Shown here piece by piece: positions 35,992 to 43,919 of a DNA stretch of 64,000 bases. The DNA is taken from IMG/VR virus record IMGVR_UViG_3300011116_001007. One strand, 5' to 3'. The notes under the pieces are model-generated. The model worked only from the letters and a program-made list of their open reading frames with translations, was not told where the DNA came from and did not search any database. Position 1 is the stretch's first letter. Each line of letters begins with the position of its first letter. This DNA comes from a virus (taxonomy: Duplodnaviria; Caudoviricetes). The position numbers and the translations under genes are program-made.

Positions 35992-37581
35992 ATGAGAGAT
36001 TTATTAGACTTGCTGGACAAAGTTGCCTTGCCATTGGCAGAAGGTGTGGGGCTTGCCAACCGCAAACCCGGCGAAAAATTCAAAAACAGTGTAGGAGACG
36101 TGGTCACGTTCCAGGGGCTGGAATTTTATCCCGAATCGGGTCGATTTGCCACTCCTGAAGAACTGCAAGCAGGAGTGGATTCTGTGTTGGCCACCAAACA
36201 GATTGATGCTACCCAGATACATTGGGTCAACACCCCTAACAAAAGTGCAGGTGCATTCAGCCTGGCCACATTCACTGGAGAAGATGGCACACCTTATTAT
36301 CTAGGCCGTTGGTCCGGAGCAAACAGTCCCAACCGTGCACAGAACAAGTTTGCACACGATGACATTCCAGGCGGATTTAAATATCAAAGCGGTGCAGGTG
36401 TCAAAGAAAACACTGGATACAAACCCAGCGAAATACTGACACAATTCCAAGACAACACACCCGAATCAATATTGCAACAAATCGTTGCCAAGTTTGGCGA
36501 CGGCAGTGACGAAGCTGTGGCGGCGCAGACTTTTATCAGTTCAGACATTCCTTGCAAGATACCAAAAGGAAACATGAACCCCGATGCGTTCCGCGATTAC
36601 TTCTGTGAAATGTTGCAACCCATAGCCTTGGTCATGGGCAAGAATGTCACAGGCAATGCTGCTGAGGCTGCTGACATCTTCTTTGGCAGCAGCGGTTATG
36701 CTGATTGTACCATCAGCTTTAACACCAATACCATTGGTGGCTTGTATGATAGTTTGCTGGTGAATCCCGACGGTCGCCAGATAAAATTATCCAGCAAGGG
36801 TAAAAATGGTGCCAGTGCCAGTGTTACCAATCTATTGAAATCTGTAGAAGAACTGGCAAACACACCCAATGGCAAACAACTGTTAAACAAACACCAAGAA
36901 GTTATAGAAATTTTAAACATCATCAACCGAGACGGTCACTTTGGTGCTCCTTTGACCCTGGCTGTAAAGTACAAGATTATTGATCCAAAAGAAGCTGCAC
37001 AGATTCCCAAGCTCAAAGGCCTAGGACCCAAAGACACTGTGGTAGGGGCAGGTATATTGAGTCCAAAACTAGAAAAATTATATACCAATCGCAAGAGCAA
37101 AGACCCCAAGCGAGTGATTCCCCTAGAGCACATGACTGCCAGCATTGCATACAACGTGGCAGACTATGTGAACAAGAATACTGACTTTGGAAAAGCAGCT
37201 TCGGAAATCTTGAACAATGCCGCCCTGGTCCAGGTGTACACAAATACTTCAGTCAGTGCCGACACCATTACCATTACCAAGATGGATGCAGTGTATCCTA
37301 GTAAAACAGTTACTGGTGTGTATCTAGATGCCAGCAAAGTTTATTTCAGCACAGGCGGCAAAGGCAATTTTACATTTACCATCATGAAGAATGGCGCCAC
37401 TGAAAAAGATGTGAACCCCATGGATCCAGTGGATGAGCCAGATGATACCTCGCCCACTACCACTGCTGATCTAGATGCAGAAACTAATAGGCCCAGATTG
37501 ACTGGGCCGGGTGCTCGAGCAGCTAGATCAACAGCAGCGCCCAAAATGGATTTGGCCACTGTTGGTCGTCAACGTCGTTGA
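35992..37581 (+). CDS. Large late hypothetical protein (possibly capsid-internal)
   Basis: TAAATA 4 nt before ATG; N-terminus MRDLLDLLD...LAE. Confidence 0.7.
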   Translation: MRDLLDLLDKVALPLAEGVGLANRKPGEKFKNSVGDVVTFQGLEFYPESGRFATPEELQAGVDSVLATKQIDATQIHWVNTPNKSAGAFSLATFTGEDGTPYYLGRWSGANSPNRAQNKFAHDDIPGGFKYQSGAGVKENTGYKPSEILTQFQDNTPESILQQIVAKFGDGSDEAVAAQTFISSDIPCKIPKGNMNPDAFRDYFCEMLQPIALVMGKNVTGNAAEAADIFFGSSGYADCTISFNTNTIGGLYDSLLVNPDGRQIKLSSKGKNGASASVTNLLKSVEELANTPNGKQLLNKHQEVIEILNIINRDGHFGAPLTLAVKYKIIDPKEAAQIPKLKGLGPKDTVVGAGILSPKLEKLYTNRKSKDPKRVIPLEHMTASIAYNVADYVNKNTDFGKAASEILNNAALVQVYTNTSVSADTITITKMDAVYPSKTVTGVYLDASKVYFSTGGKGNFTFTIMKNGATEKDVNPMDPVDEPDDTSPTTTADLDAETNRPRLTGPGARAARSTAAPKMDLATVGRQRR

Positions 37582-37584
37582 CGT

Positions 37585-38151
37585 TTACTGCGCTGAGTCT
37601 AATTCTTTAAACGCTTCGGTGCTGCGTGTTGCGGCACGGTCTTTGAGAATCAATTGATCTTTGCGTGTTTGCAATGCATTGGCTTCGCCGGTGGGCAACG
37701 CTACCAAAGCATAGCTACGAAAGCGACTGCCTTCGGCCATGCGTTTGATTTCTTTGGTTTCTACACCAGTGATGTCCACTCCGGGGCAAACACTACGGAT
37801 GGCCAATTCAGAAAGTTCATGCGTGGATTCTGACGTTTCTTGCATGAACATCTTGGCCTGCTGGCTGACTCGGCCTCCGGCTGCCATACAGATTTTGCCG
37901 TATGCAAACAGTTTGGCCTTGTAGTCGGCCATGCTCATGTCTGAGCTCACAGCAGTACCGTTGGCATACACTGCATTTTTGCTGGCTGGCAGGTCGGTCA
38001 TCCACGCAGGTGCTTTGGCAATAGACTTTTCCACGTGGGCCTCACGTTTGACTTCCACAGCGGCTGCACGTTTCTCATAGTCATCTTTGGGGGCGCTGGA
38101 GCAGGCTGCAATCACAGCCGCCACCGGAAGCAATACAAAAAGTTTTTTCAT
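37585..38151 (-). CDS. Lipoprotein (LPP20-like)
   Basis: Lipobox IAAC; P.WM...AVYA.G.AVS. Confidence 0.7.
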   Translation of the reverse strand: MKKLFVLLPVAAVIAACSSAPKDDYEKRAAAVEVKREAHVEKSIAKAPAWMTDLPASKNAVYANGTAVSSDMSMADYKAKLFAYGKICMAAGGRVSQQAKMFMQETSESTHELSELAIRSVCPGVDITGVETKEIKRMAEGSRFRSYALVALPTGEANALQTRKDQLILKDRAATRSTEAFKELDSAQ

Positions 38152-38160
38152 TTCAAGTCC

Positions 38161-38283
38161 TTACTTAGATTTAATCCATTCACCAGCTTTGCTCAAGTCT
38201 TGGCCTGCGCCGCTGACTGCTCCGCCTACTGTACCACATGCAGACAAGGCTGCAATTAGGATTGTTACCAACACCAGTTTCAT
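38161..38283 (-). CDS. Entericidin EcnA/B-like small lipoprotein
   Basis: Manual translation MKLVLVTILIAALSACGTVGGAVSGAGQDLSKAGEWIKSK; AGGAG SD. Confidence 0.65.
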   Translation of the reverse strand: MKLVLVTILIAALSACGTVGGAVSGAGQDLSKAGEWIKSK

Positions 38284-38312
38284 AGGATACTCCTAAAAAG
38301 TTACGATAATGT

Positions 38313-38341
38313 ATTGTAGCACAAAAATCAATTGTGGTCAA
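38313..38341 (-). promoter_or_regulatory. Sigma70-type promoter
   Basis: TTGACC-N17-TACAAT. Confidence 0.8.
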
Positions 38342-38902
38342 TCAGAATTTGTCAACCACTACCCAAAGGTTGTCCTGAACTTGGCAGATCACACCGCGGA
38401 AAGTTCGGATGTCTCGGCCTGTCCAGTTGGGTTCCAGGAACATTTGGCATTGAGCACCGTTGTGCCAGAATCTTCCAGGGTAATCTGGGTTGGGTCGGAA
38501 CTGGTGCAGCGGTGCCATGGTACCAGGATTGGTGCGTTTCAACACATCCAAATCAGGTTGGTCGGTGCAGATCATGGTTTTTTCGCTGATGGTTTGCACA
38601 CGACCCACACGCTCGCGTACTTCATCTTCGGCTATCTTGACTGCACGGGCACAGGCTTCTTCTCTGGGGCGATCTCCTGCCCATTCGTATTCGCCAAACG
38701 CACTGTGCCAGTCGTTGTTGATTCTCACGCGGAACGTGACCATGCACTTTCGGCCACCATTCAGTGCAGGAACCACTTCGGGTCGAATCACACTGCGTTC
38801 AGCAATTGCCACAGTGGTTCTACTCACTGTGCGATCGTTTAGCACACAGTCTGCCAAGGTCAATGCCGGCAGCAGGGTCAAGATCACAGCTAGTTTTTTC
38901 AT
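38342..38902 (-). CDS. Exported Cys-rich hypothetical protein
   Basis: Signal peptide MKKLAVILTLLPALTLA; 6 Cys. Confidence 0.7.
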   Translation of the reverse strand: MKKLAVILTLLPALTLADCVLNDRTVSRTTVAIAERSVIRPEVVPALNGGRKCMVTFRVRINNDWHSAFGEYEWAGDRPREEACARAVKIAEDEVRERVGRVQTISEKTMICTDQPDLDVLKRTNPGTMAPLHQFRPNPDYPGRFWHNGAQCQMFLEPNWTGRDIRTFRGVICQVQDNLWVVVDKF

Positions 38903-39246
38903 GGGCATTCTCTCGCCAACATCTGTAAATGATAGTCAATGTACCAATTGGTCTGACCGCTGTTGATATCTTGCAGTTGTTGATGTTGTGCAGGATTGGT
39001 AAATTTTAGCAAAGGGTTCATGGCCACTTCTAATCCGGCCAGAATTCGTTCATCTTTGGTTTGTCGCATGTTCTGCAACATGGCCACTTGATTGGCTTTT
39101 TGGCGGCAGTCTCTTACAAAATGATTCAATTGATCATGCGCCATTGGCACCCGGTCTGGTCGAGACGCGGCACAGCCACTAAACAGGCTGGCAGCGATAA
39201 CGCATGTGCCAAATACGACTGCGGATCTCAGAGCGAGCATTTTCAT
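38899..39246 (-). CDS. Putative lipoprotein
   Basis: Lipobox-like LFSGC; signal peptide overlaps the upstream gene. Confidence 0.55.
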   Translation of the reverse strand: MKMLALRSAVVFGTCVIAASLFSGCAASRPDRVPMAHDQLNHFVRDCRQKANQVAMLQNMRQTKDERILAGLEVAMNPLLKFTNPAQHQQLQDINSGQTNWYIDYHLQMLARECP

Positions 39247-39424
39247 ATGTTTCCTGATTTTCAAAAGGTTGTCGTGGAACTTGAGATTGTGAATTTAACC
39301 ATTCAATTATGGCCACACGATTGGCACAGTCATTAGGCATGGCCTGTACACTGGGTGGTGGCCGTTGTGCAATTGGCATGGCACAGCCCGACAATGCCAA
39401 CACAACAGGCAGTAGATATTTCAT
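39179..39424 (-). CDS. Putative lipoprotein
   Basis: MKYLLPVVLALSGC. Confidence 0.7.
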   Translation of the reverse strand: MKYLLPVVLALSGCAMPIAQRPPPSVQAMPNDCANRVAIIEWLNSQSQVPRQPFENQETYENARSEIRSRIWHMRYRCQPV

Positions 39425-39645
39425 ACTTGTTTATTTGGATTGGTAATCTTGGCATTCACGCAGGTACCTTCCAAGATGGTATATTTGCCTTGACCGGCTG
39501 TTTCAGCCACTTCCAGCATGTGGATCTTCTGAGTGTCAATACTGGCTTTGCATTGTGCCTCATTCCGGTAATAATTCTGGGCCTGCATGAAGTTGCAGTT
39601 GCTATCAAAGCATATGAACAACACGGGTATGAAAATTTCTAACAT
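39421..39645 (-). CDS. Small exported Cys-containing protein
   Basis: Hydrophobic N-terminus; C...C...C...C. Confidence 0.6.
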   Translation of the reverse strand: MLEIFIPVLFICFDSNCNFMQAQNYYRNEAQCKASIDTQKIHMLEVAETAGQGKYTILEGTCVNAKITNPNKQV

Positions 39646-39666
39646 GATGCATGTCCTTGTGTTTGT

Positions 39667-39695
39667 ATTATAGCACTGATTGAATTACTGGTCAA
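39667..39695 (-). promoter_or_regulatory. Sigma70-type early promoter
   Basis: TTGACC-N17-TATAAT. Confidence 0.85.
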
Positions 39696-39873
39696 CTCCA
39701 AAGTGCATGTCGATCAGTCGATCAATGCTACGTCCCAGCGGGTTATTGGCTCGTGCCACAACCGTAACACATTCTTGAATGATCAGCTCGGCAAACTTTT
39801 CGTAATTGAAATTAAGGCCAAATTCATTGTGTTCCCAGCATTGTGGTTCAAGTTCTTTGATTAGTTTTCTCAT
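39685..39873 (-). CDS. MNERI-family member (divergent)
   Basis: IKEL...EKFAELIIQEC...HFGV. Confidence 0.75.
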   Translation of the reverse strand: MRKLIKELEPQCWEHNEFGLNFNYEKFAELIIQECVTVVARANNPLGRSIDRLIDMHFGVDQ

Positions 39874-39961
39874 GCTCTATCCACCCTGGCATCTATGTTG
39901 GAACGATGACACATGTACAGTACTCCCACAATGTATCCTACTAAAAATCCCCAGAAAAAGT

Positions 39962-40210
39962 TCATAGTTCAACTTTCAAACGATTAATGCCTTCATGCGG
40001 GCAGTACAGTTCACTGAGTCTCCAGCATTCCATATACTCGTCGTGTTCCTGCTGGGTCACATATCTAAAAGGAAATGAATCTAAATTTTTATCTCGCAAT
40101 CGTTGCAAAATTTTCTCAGGAGCATCCCATTCAAACACACAATCAGCAGGATGATTGGCCAATGCTGCGGTCAATCCAGCTTTGATATCTCGTAATCTAA
40201 GAAACCTCAT
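39962..40210 (-). CDS. Hypothetical protein
   Basis: ATGA-coupled to the last GVEE junction. Confidence 0.65.
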   Translation of the reverse strand: MRFLRLRDIKAGLTAALANHPADCVFEWDAPEKILQRLRDKNLDSFPFRYVTQQEHDEYMECWRLSELYCPHEGINRLKVEL

Positions 40211-40425
40211 TCTTCAACACCATATTCTCGTTTAAGATCATCTAATGCTTTGCGAACCTTTTCAGCAACTGGCCGATACTTCACAGGGCCGATAGGATGA
40301 TAGTTCCATTCTGTGCCCTTCCACACTCTATTACCATTCAATAGTCGATCAACCTCTGCTAGGATTTCAAAGCGAGGATCAGCCCACATCTTGATTTGAT
40401 TATCAGGAACGACGGGTGTGTTCAT
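40207..40425 (-). CDS. Array cargo protein with GVEE tail
   Basis: Body unrelated to the MNERI family; ends YGVEE. Confidence 0.7.
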   Translation of the reverse strand: MNTPVVPDNQIKMWADPRFEILAEVDRLLNGNRVWKGTEWNYHPIGPVKYRPVAEKVRKALDDLKREYGVEE

Positions 40426-40520
40426 AGTCCATGCCTGGCTAGAATATTACTCAACCACATCAATCCTAAACCAAATAGAATAGTACTAATGATTAGCAAT
40501 TTGATTTCAGTTCGGTTCAT
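40422..40520 (-). CDS. Array cargo: 32 aa TM peptide
   Basis: Manual translation MNRTEIKLLIISTILFGLGLMWLSNILARHGL; ATGA-coupled at both ends. Confidence 0.6.
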   Translation of the reverse strand: MNRTEIKLLIISTILFGLGLMWLSNILARHGL

Positions 40521-40765
40521 TCTTCAACTCCGAAATGTTCTTTAATCTCTAGAATAGGATGTAAGTATTCTTCACCAGGTCTGCTCATTCTAACAGTGTA
40601 TGGACTAATAATATCAATACATTCCTGCACAATCAACTCGGCGAACTTTTCTAAATCTTGGTCATTGATGCTATCGGAGCGCGGACCTTCCCATCGTTTC
40701 ATTCCAAAATCACCGTTTCGCACAAGCCCAGCCTCAAGGGCAAGTTGTTTAATTCGTTCGTTCAT
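40517..40765 (-). CDS. MNERI-family member
   Basis: MNERIKQLA...EKFAELIVQEC...EHFGVEE. Confidence 0.8.
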   Translation of the reverse strand: MNERIKQLALEAGLVRNGDFGMKRWEGPRSDSINDQDLEKFAELIVQECIDIISPYTVRMSRPGEEYLHPILEIKEHFGVEE

Positions 40766-40863
40766 TCTTCAACTCCGGTTGCTGGACAGAATGGTGTATG
40801 CCCATTCTTGTTGGGATTTCTGTAACAATGCTTGCACCAGTTATAATCTTTAGGTTGGTTCAT
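40762..40863 (-). CDS. Array cargo: 33 aa Cys/His peptide with GVEE tail
   Basis: Manual translation MNQPKDYNWCKHCYRNPNKNGHTPFCPATGVEE. Confidence 0.6.
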   Translation of the reverse strand: MNQPKDYNWCKHCYRNPNKNGHTPFCPATGVEE

Positions 40864-41072
40864 TCTTCAACTCCGATACATTGTTCCACATCCTCTAAGA
40901 TACGCTTGAGTTCGTCAATGTTCATTTCCAAAAACTCTGTCGTATAGATGGCAGCAATTTGCTCAACATTTGTTACATCCTTAGCATACCTTTTAACTCG
41001 ATACTCGGTCAGCATCTTTTCCTTGCCGGCGATTGTGTTACGCAGGTTCTCTGCTAGGGTTTGGATGTTCAT
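40860..41072 (-). CDS. Array cargo coiled-coil protein with GVEE tail
   Basis: MNIQTLAENLR...CIGVEE. Confidence 0.7.
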   Translation of the reverse strand: MNIQTLAENLRNTIAGKEKMLTEYRVKRYAKDVTNVEQIAAIYTTEFLEMNIDELKRILEDVEQCIGVEE

Positions 41073-41251
41073 TCTTCAACTCCGAAATGTTCTAAGATAC
41101 CATTAGGTCCATCAAACGCAAGTGTAGCACACTCACGCACAATCAACAAGGCGAACTTTTCTTCGTCAAACCCAAACGCTAGTAACTCACCATTTACACC
41201 GTAAGTTTCAATTCGGCACTGTTCAGCAAATTTTTCAATTCGTTCGTTCAT
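41069..41251 (-). CDS. MNERI-family member
   Basis: MNERIEKFA...EKFALLIVREC...EHFGVEE. Confidence 0.8.
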   Translation of the reverse strand: MNERIEKFAEQCRIETYGVNGELLAFGFDEEKFALLIVRECATLAFDGPNGILEHFGVEE

Positions 41252-41487
41252 TCTTCAACACCAAAACGTTTTTTGATCCGATATGCGGCACTGCGGACAC
41301 CGGTACTATAGGGGCCATAATCATCCTCATCATCCAACATGCCAACACATTCTCTCACAATCAACTCAGCAAATTTTTTTGTAAATTCAGATGGTACATA
41401 CATTTTATCAACATCTCCGTCCGGATCGTTACCATTCATAACGATAGACATAGCCTGAAGATTAAGTTCTTTAATTCGTTCGTTCAT
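41248..41487 (-). CDS. MNERI-family member
   Basis: MNERIKELN...KKFAELIVREC...RFGVEE. Confidence 0.8.
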   Translation of the reverse strand: MNERIKELNLQAMSIVMNGNDPDGDVDKMYVPSEFTKKFAELIVRECVGMLDDEDDYGPYSTGVRSAAYRIKKRFGVEE

Positions 41488-41723
41488 TCTTCAACTCCAA
41501 AATGTTGTTTAATAACAGAATTACAATCCATCATTTTATCAACGTGAGGTTGACCTTTTACTAAGGCCGCGCATTCTTTCACAATCAACTCGGCGAACTT
41601 TTCTATTTGCTCTAATCCTTCTTGTTCAGTGTCGGTTAGGGCATGGATAGTACGATAGTAATGTAACAATAGTGCTGGCTCAAGTTTAGCCTGTAGAGCA
41701 AGTTCTTTAATTCGTTCGTTCAC
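41484..41723 (-). CDS. MNERI-family member (GTG start)
   Basis: NERIKELA...EKFAELIVKEC...QHFGVEE. Confidence 0.8.
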   Translation of the reverse strand: MNERIKELALQAKLEPALLLHYYRTIHALTDTEQEGLEQIEKFAELIVKECAALVKGQPHVDKMMDCNSVIKQHFGVEE

Positions 41724-41953
41724 TTGTTATTCTCCAAATAAAACATACCAACACGAACTAACGCTTCGGCGTGTTCACGGTCTTTTGGCAACACCACTGC
41801 TTCACCATTGATAAGTTTGTTATACTCACTAGCACATTCCCGAACAATCAACTCGGCGAACTTTTCCAACTGAAGGGCATCAATGTGCTGATAGAATTCT
41901 TTAGGCTTAAAGATACCAGCCTGTTGAGCAAGTTCATCTATTCGTTCGTTCAT
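41720..41953 (-). CDS. MNERI-family member (alternative C-terminus)
   Basis: MNERIDELA...EKFAELIVREC. Confidence 0.8.
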   Translation of the reverse strand: MNERIDELAQQAGIFKPKEFYQHIDALQLEKFAELIVRECASEYNKLINGEAVVLPKDREHAEALVRVGMFYLENNK

Positions 41954-42111
41954 CGTAATTCCTCTAATGCTCGTTTAACATGCTTCTTTTTGTATTGTGG
42001 GAATGCTTTGATGATGTCCTCATCAAACAAATAGTGCGGATTGCTTCGTTGATGTTCACCGATGAATTCTTCAACCTCATCTAGTAGCTTGGCAAATTTT
42101 TCGTCTTTCAT
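41950..42111 (-). CDS. Array cargo hypothetical protein (53 aa)
   Basis: Manual translation MKDEKFAKLLDEVEEF...RALEELR; ATGA-coupled. Confidence 0.6.
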   Translation of the reverse strand: MKDEKFAKLLDEVEEFIGEHQRSNPHYLFDEDIIKAFPQYKKKHVKRALEELR

Positions 42112-42386
42112 TGTTCAACTTCCTCTACTGGTTGGTTAGGGATGTTTTCTGTATCGCCATCTTTAGCAAAAGTAAATCCCAAACCTAACATTATTTCAGT
42201 CTCTGATGGTGTACAGTTGCCGCGAAAAATAAAAATTCTACGGGTTAGGTTGTCGTTAGAATAATAAATCCTGTAGGACACTCGGGGCACATTTAATTTT
42301 TCTGAAAGTATAGCCAACGATATCTCATCACCCCAATCTTCGGTGATAGATTCCCGTTGTTGTTCATACATAAAATCTTTCATCAT
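42108..42386 (-). CDS. Array cargo hypothetical protein
   Basis: 92 aa; ATGA-coupled at both ends. Confidence 0.65.
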   Translation of the reverse strand: MMKDFMYEQQRESITEDWGDEISLAILSEKLNVPRVSYRIYYSNDNLTRRIFIFRGNCTPSETEIMLGLGFTFAKDGDTENIPNQPVEEVEQ

Positions 42387-42631
42387 TCTTCAACTCCGAA
42401 ATGTTTCAGTAATTCTTCTGGCTCAGGATGCCAAGCGTTGTTGCTATCATCATAACCAGAAATATCTTCAATAAACTTAGCACATTCCCGAACAATCAAC
42501 TCGGCGAACTTTTCGTTATAGTGTTGAAACCATGCTTGGTCAAAGGTACGGCGATCTGCCACCCCTTCGGTGGTAATGTCATTGATTGGTTGAAATGCCT
42601 CAAGAGCAAGTTCTCGAATTCGTTCGTTCAT
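42383..42631 (-). CDS. MNERI-family member
   Basis: MNERIRELA...EKFAELIVREC...KHFGVEE. Confidence 0.8.
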   Translation of the reverse strand: MNERIRELALEAFQPINDITTEGVADRRTFDQAWFQHYNEKFAELIVRECAKFIEDISGYDDSNNAWHPEPEELLKHFGVEE

Positions 42632-42789
42632 TTTTTAAAACTTTCGATCCATTGTACTAGAATATCCCTAGCCTCTTTCGGGCCAAGACCAAAGTATTCT
42701 TGAAGATACGGCGCGGCACCCCACATATTGGTCACTCCAGAATCCCGTAGTGCAACAAGATACTCAAAATATTCTTTATTATCGTTCAT
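42628..42789 (-). CDS. Conserved small phage protein
   Basis: YL..LRDSGVTNMWGAAPYL...F. Confidence 0.7.
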   Translation of the reverse strand: MNDNKEYFEYLVALRDSGVTNMWGAAPYLQEYFGLGPKEARDILVQWIESFKK

Positions 42790-43078
42790 TCTTCTTCTCC
42801 GACAATTCTGTTTCCATTTTGTCAATTGCTGTGTCAAGCATGGCAGTTGTGATCTCGTTTGGATTCATTCCAAAATGCAGTTTGATCATGTCCACACCCT
42901 GCCCGCGACTGATCATGTCACGCAACATTGGTGCCAATGCAATACAACATTCACGAATGACCAACTCAGCGGTACGATTCTGAATCTCTTTGATTTTATT
43001 GTAGCCTAACGCTACCCAAGTCTCGGGTACCAGTTCATCCAGCACCTGACCCGTAATCTGGTTAATTCGTTGGTTCAT
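42779..43078 (-). CDS. Divergent MNERI-family member
   Basis: MNQRINQI...AELVIREC...LHFG. Confidence 0.7.
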   Translation of the reverse strand: MNQRINQITGQVLDELVPETWVALGYNKIKEIQNRTAELVIRECCIALAPMLRDMISRGQGVDMIKLHFGMNPNEITTAMLDTAIDKMETELSEKKNER

Positions 43079-43230
43079 GCGTCCAGTCCTGACTTGACAT
43101 GTTTTGGGCGGCGACGATACTGCACTCGGCTTTGTTCTGCACGGTGACGGAATGGTGTGTCGCGTGAATACAGTTCCACAGCACGACGGCGCTGGCGAGG
43201 CAGTTCAATTCGAAAACTCACGGGTTTCAT
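43075..43230 (-). CDS. Small basic protein, ArfA-like motif
   Basis: Manual translation ...DTPFRHRAEQSRVQYRRRPKH... Confidence 0.45.
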   Translation of the reverse strand: MKPVSFRIELPRQRRRAVELYSRDTPFRHRAEQSRVQYRRRPKHVKSGLDA

Positions 43231-43262
43231 AAAATATCCATAAAAAATCCGGTGTATGCTGT

Positions 43263-43291
43263 ATTATAGCACAAACCGGATTAGTGGTCAA
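43263..43291 (-). promoter_or_regulatory. Sigma70-type promoter driving the MNERI array operon
   Basis: TTGACC-N17-TATAAT. Confidence 0.85.
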
Positions 43292-43313
43292 CCTGGAATT
43301 TGAGCCGTTTTTG

Positions 43314-43448
43314 TTAGATCCAGCCCCGGAAATCTTCCATCATAAGCCGTTGAGCACCTTTATGATCGCCGTTGCGTGCCATATTTGCAGCCGTATTGGC
43401 CAGGGCCATTGCACCAAAAAAGTTGTAAATGGATTTTAATATGGTCAT
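43314..43448 (-). CDS. Small hypothetical protein (44 aa)
   Basis: Manual translation MTILKSIYNFFGAMALA...; TAATG-coupled. Confidence 0.55.
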   Translation of the reverse strand: MTILKSIYNFFGAMALANTAANMARNGDHKGAQRLMMEDFRGWI

Positions 43449-43621
43449 TACCATCCCCTACGCAAATGGTTCAAATCAAATTGACGAGTCAATCGATCCA
43501 CATCGCAGGCAGTTTGTGGTGCATTTCTAACAATGTATTCTTCCAATGCTGAACTGTAGGTTTGTGGCCTACTGAACGTCTGAAACATCTTGTGGAAGTA
43601 TTCAGTCAATTGATTCAACAT
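43448..43621 (-). CDS. Small protein, DUF3563-like
   Basis: Manual translation ...LEEYI....PQ...DVDRL.RQFD; GGAG SD. Confidence 0.5.
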   Translation of the reverse strand: MLNQLTEYFHKMFQTFSRPQTYSSALEEYIVRNAPQTACDVDRLTRQFDLNHLRRGW

Positions 43622-43625
43622 GGCT

Positions 43626-43913
43626 TTAGGCTCCTTTGGTTTTGCCTGTGCCTGTGGCTTGATAGGCTTTCATGATGCCTTCGCCAAACTTCACATAGTC
43701 AAATTTGGCAGTATCGCGCATCAATTTGACGCTTTCGGTCATGATGCTGTTGCTTGCATCTGTGGTGGCCTTAAAGGCCTTTTTGGTGTATTCTGCTTGA
43801 GTGTCAATGAATTGGTTCATGGACTCTGCAATGTGCTCGTTGGTGACAAAAGTCTTAACGAATTGTTTTTTACCATTTTGAATGGTGTCGATCATGGTGT
43901 CTGCTGTAAACAT
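43626..43913 (-). CDS. Phasin-like helical protein
   Basis: 95 aa all-helical amphipathic protein; AAGGAG SD; structured 5' UTR. Confidence 0.5.
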   Translation of the reverse strand: MFTADTMIDTIQNGKKQFVKTFVTNEHIAESMNQFIDTQAEYTKKAFKATTDASNSIMTESVKLMRDTAKFDYVKFGEGIMKAYQATGTGKTKGA

Positions 43914-43919
43914 GGTGTT

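Larger units (their letters stand above)
40207..42631 (-). repeat. Dispersed junction repeat GGAGTTGAAGAATGA(ACGAACGAATT)
   Basis: tcattcttcaac(t/a)cc at 40207, 40517, 40762, 40860, 41069, 41248, 41484 and 42383; ttcgttcgttca half-copies at about 41711, 41941 and 42619. Confidence 0.92.

Noticed and set aside
40207-42631. Regularly recurring ~25-40 bp repeat as a CRISPR array
   Set aside because: Spacing is variable (about 100-900 bp), the intervening DNA is intact coding sequence, the repeats are degenerate and non-palindromic, and no cas genes are present in the window
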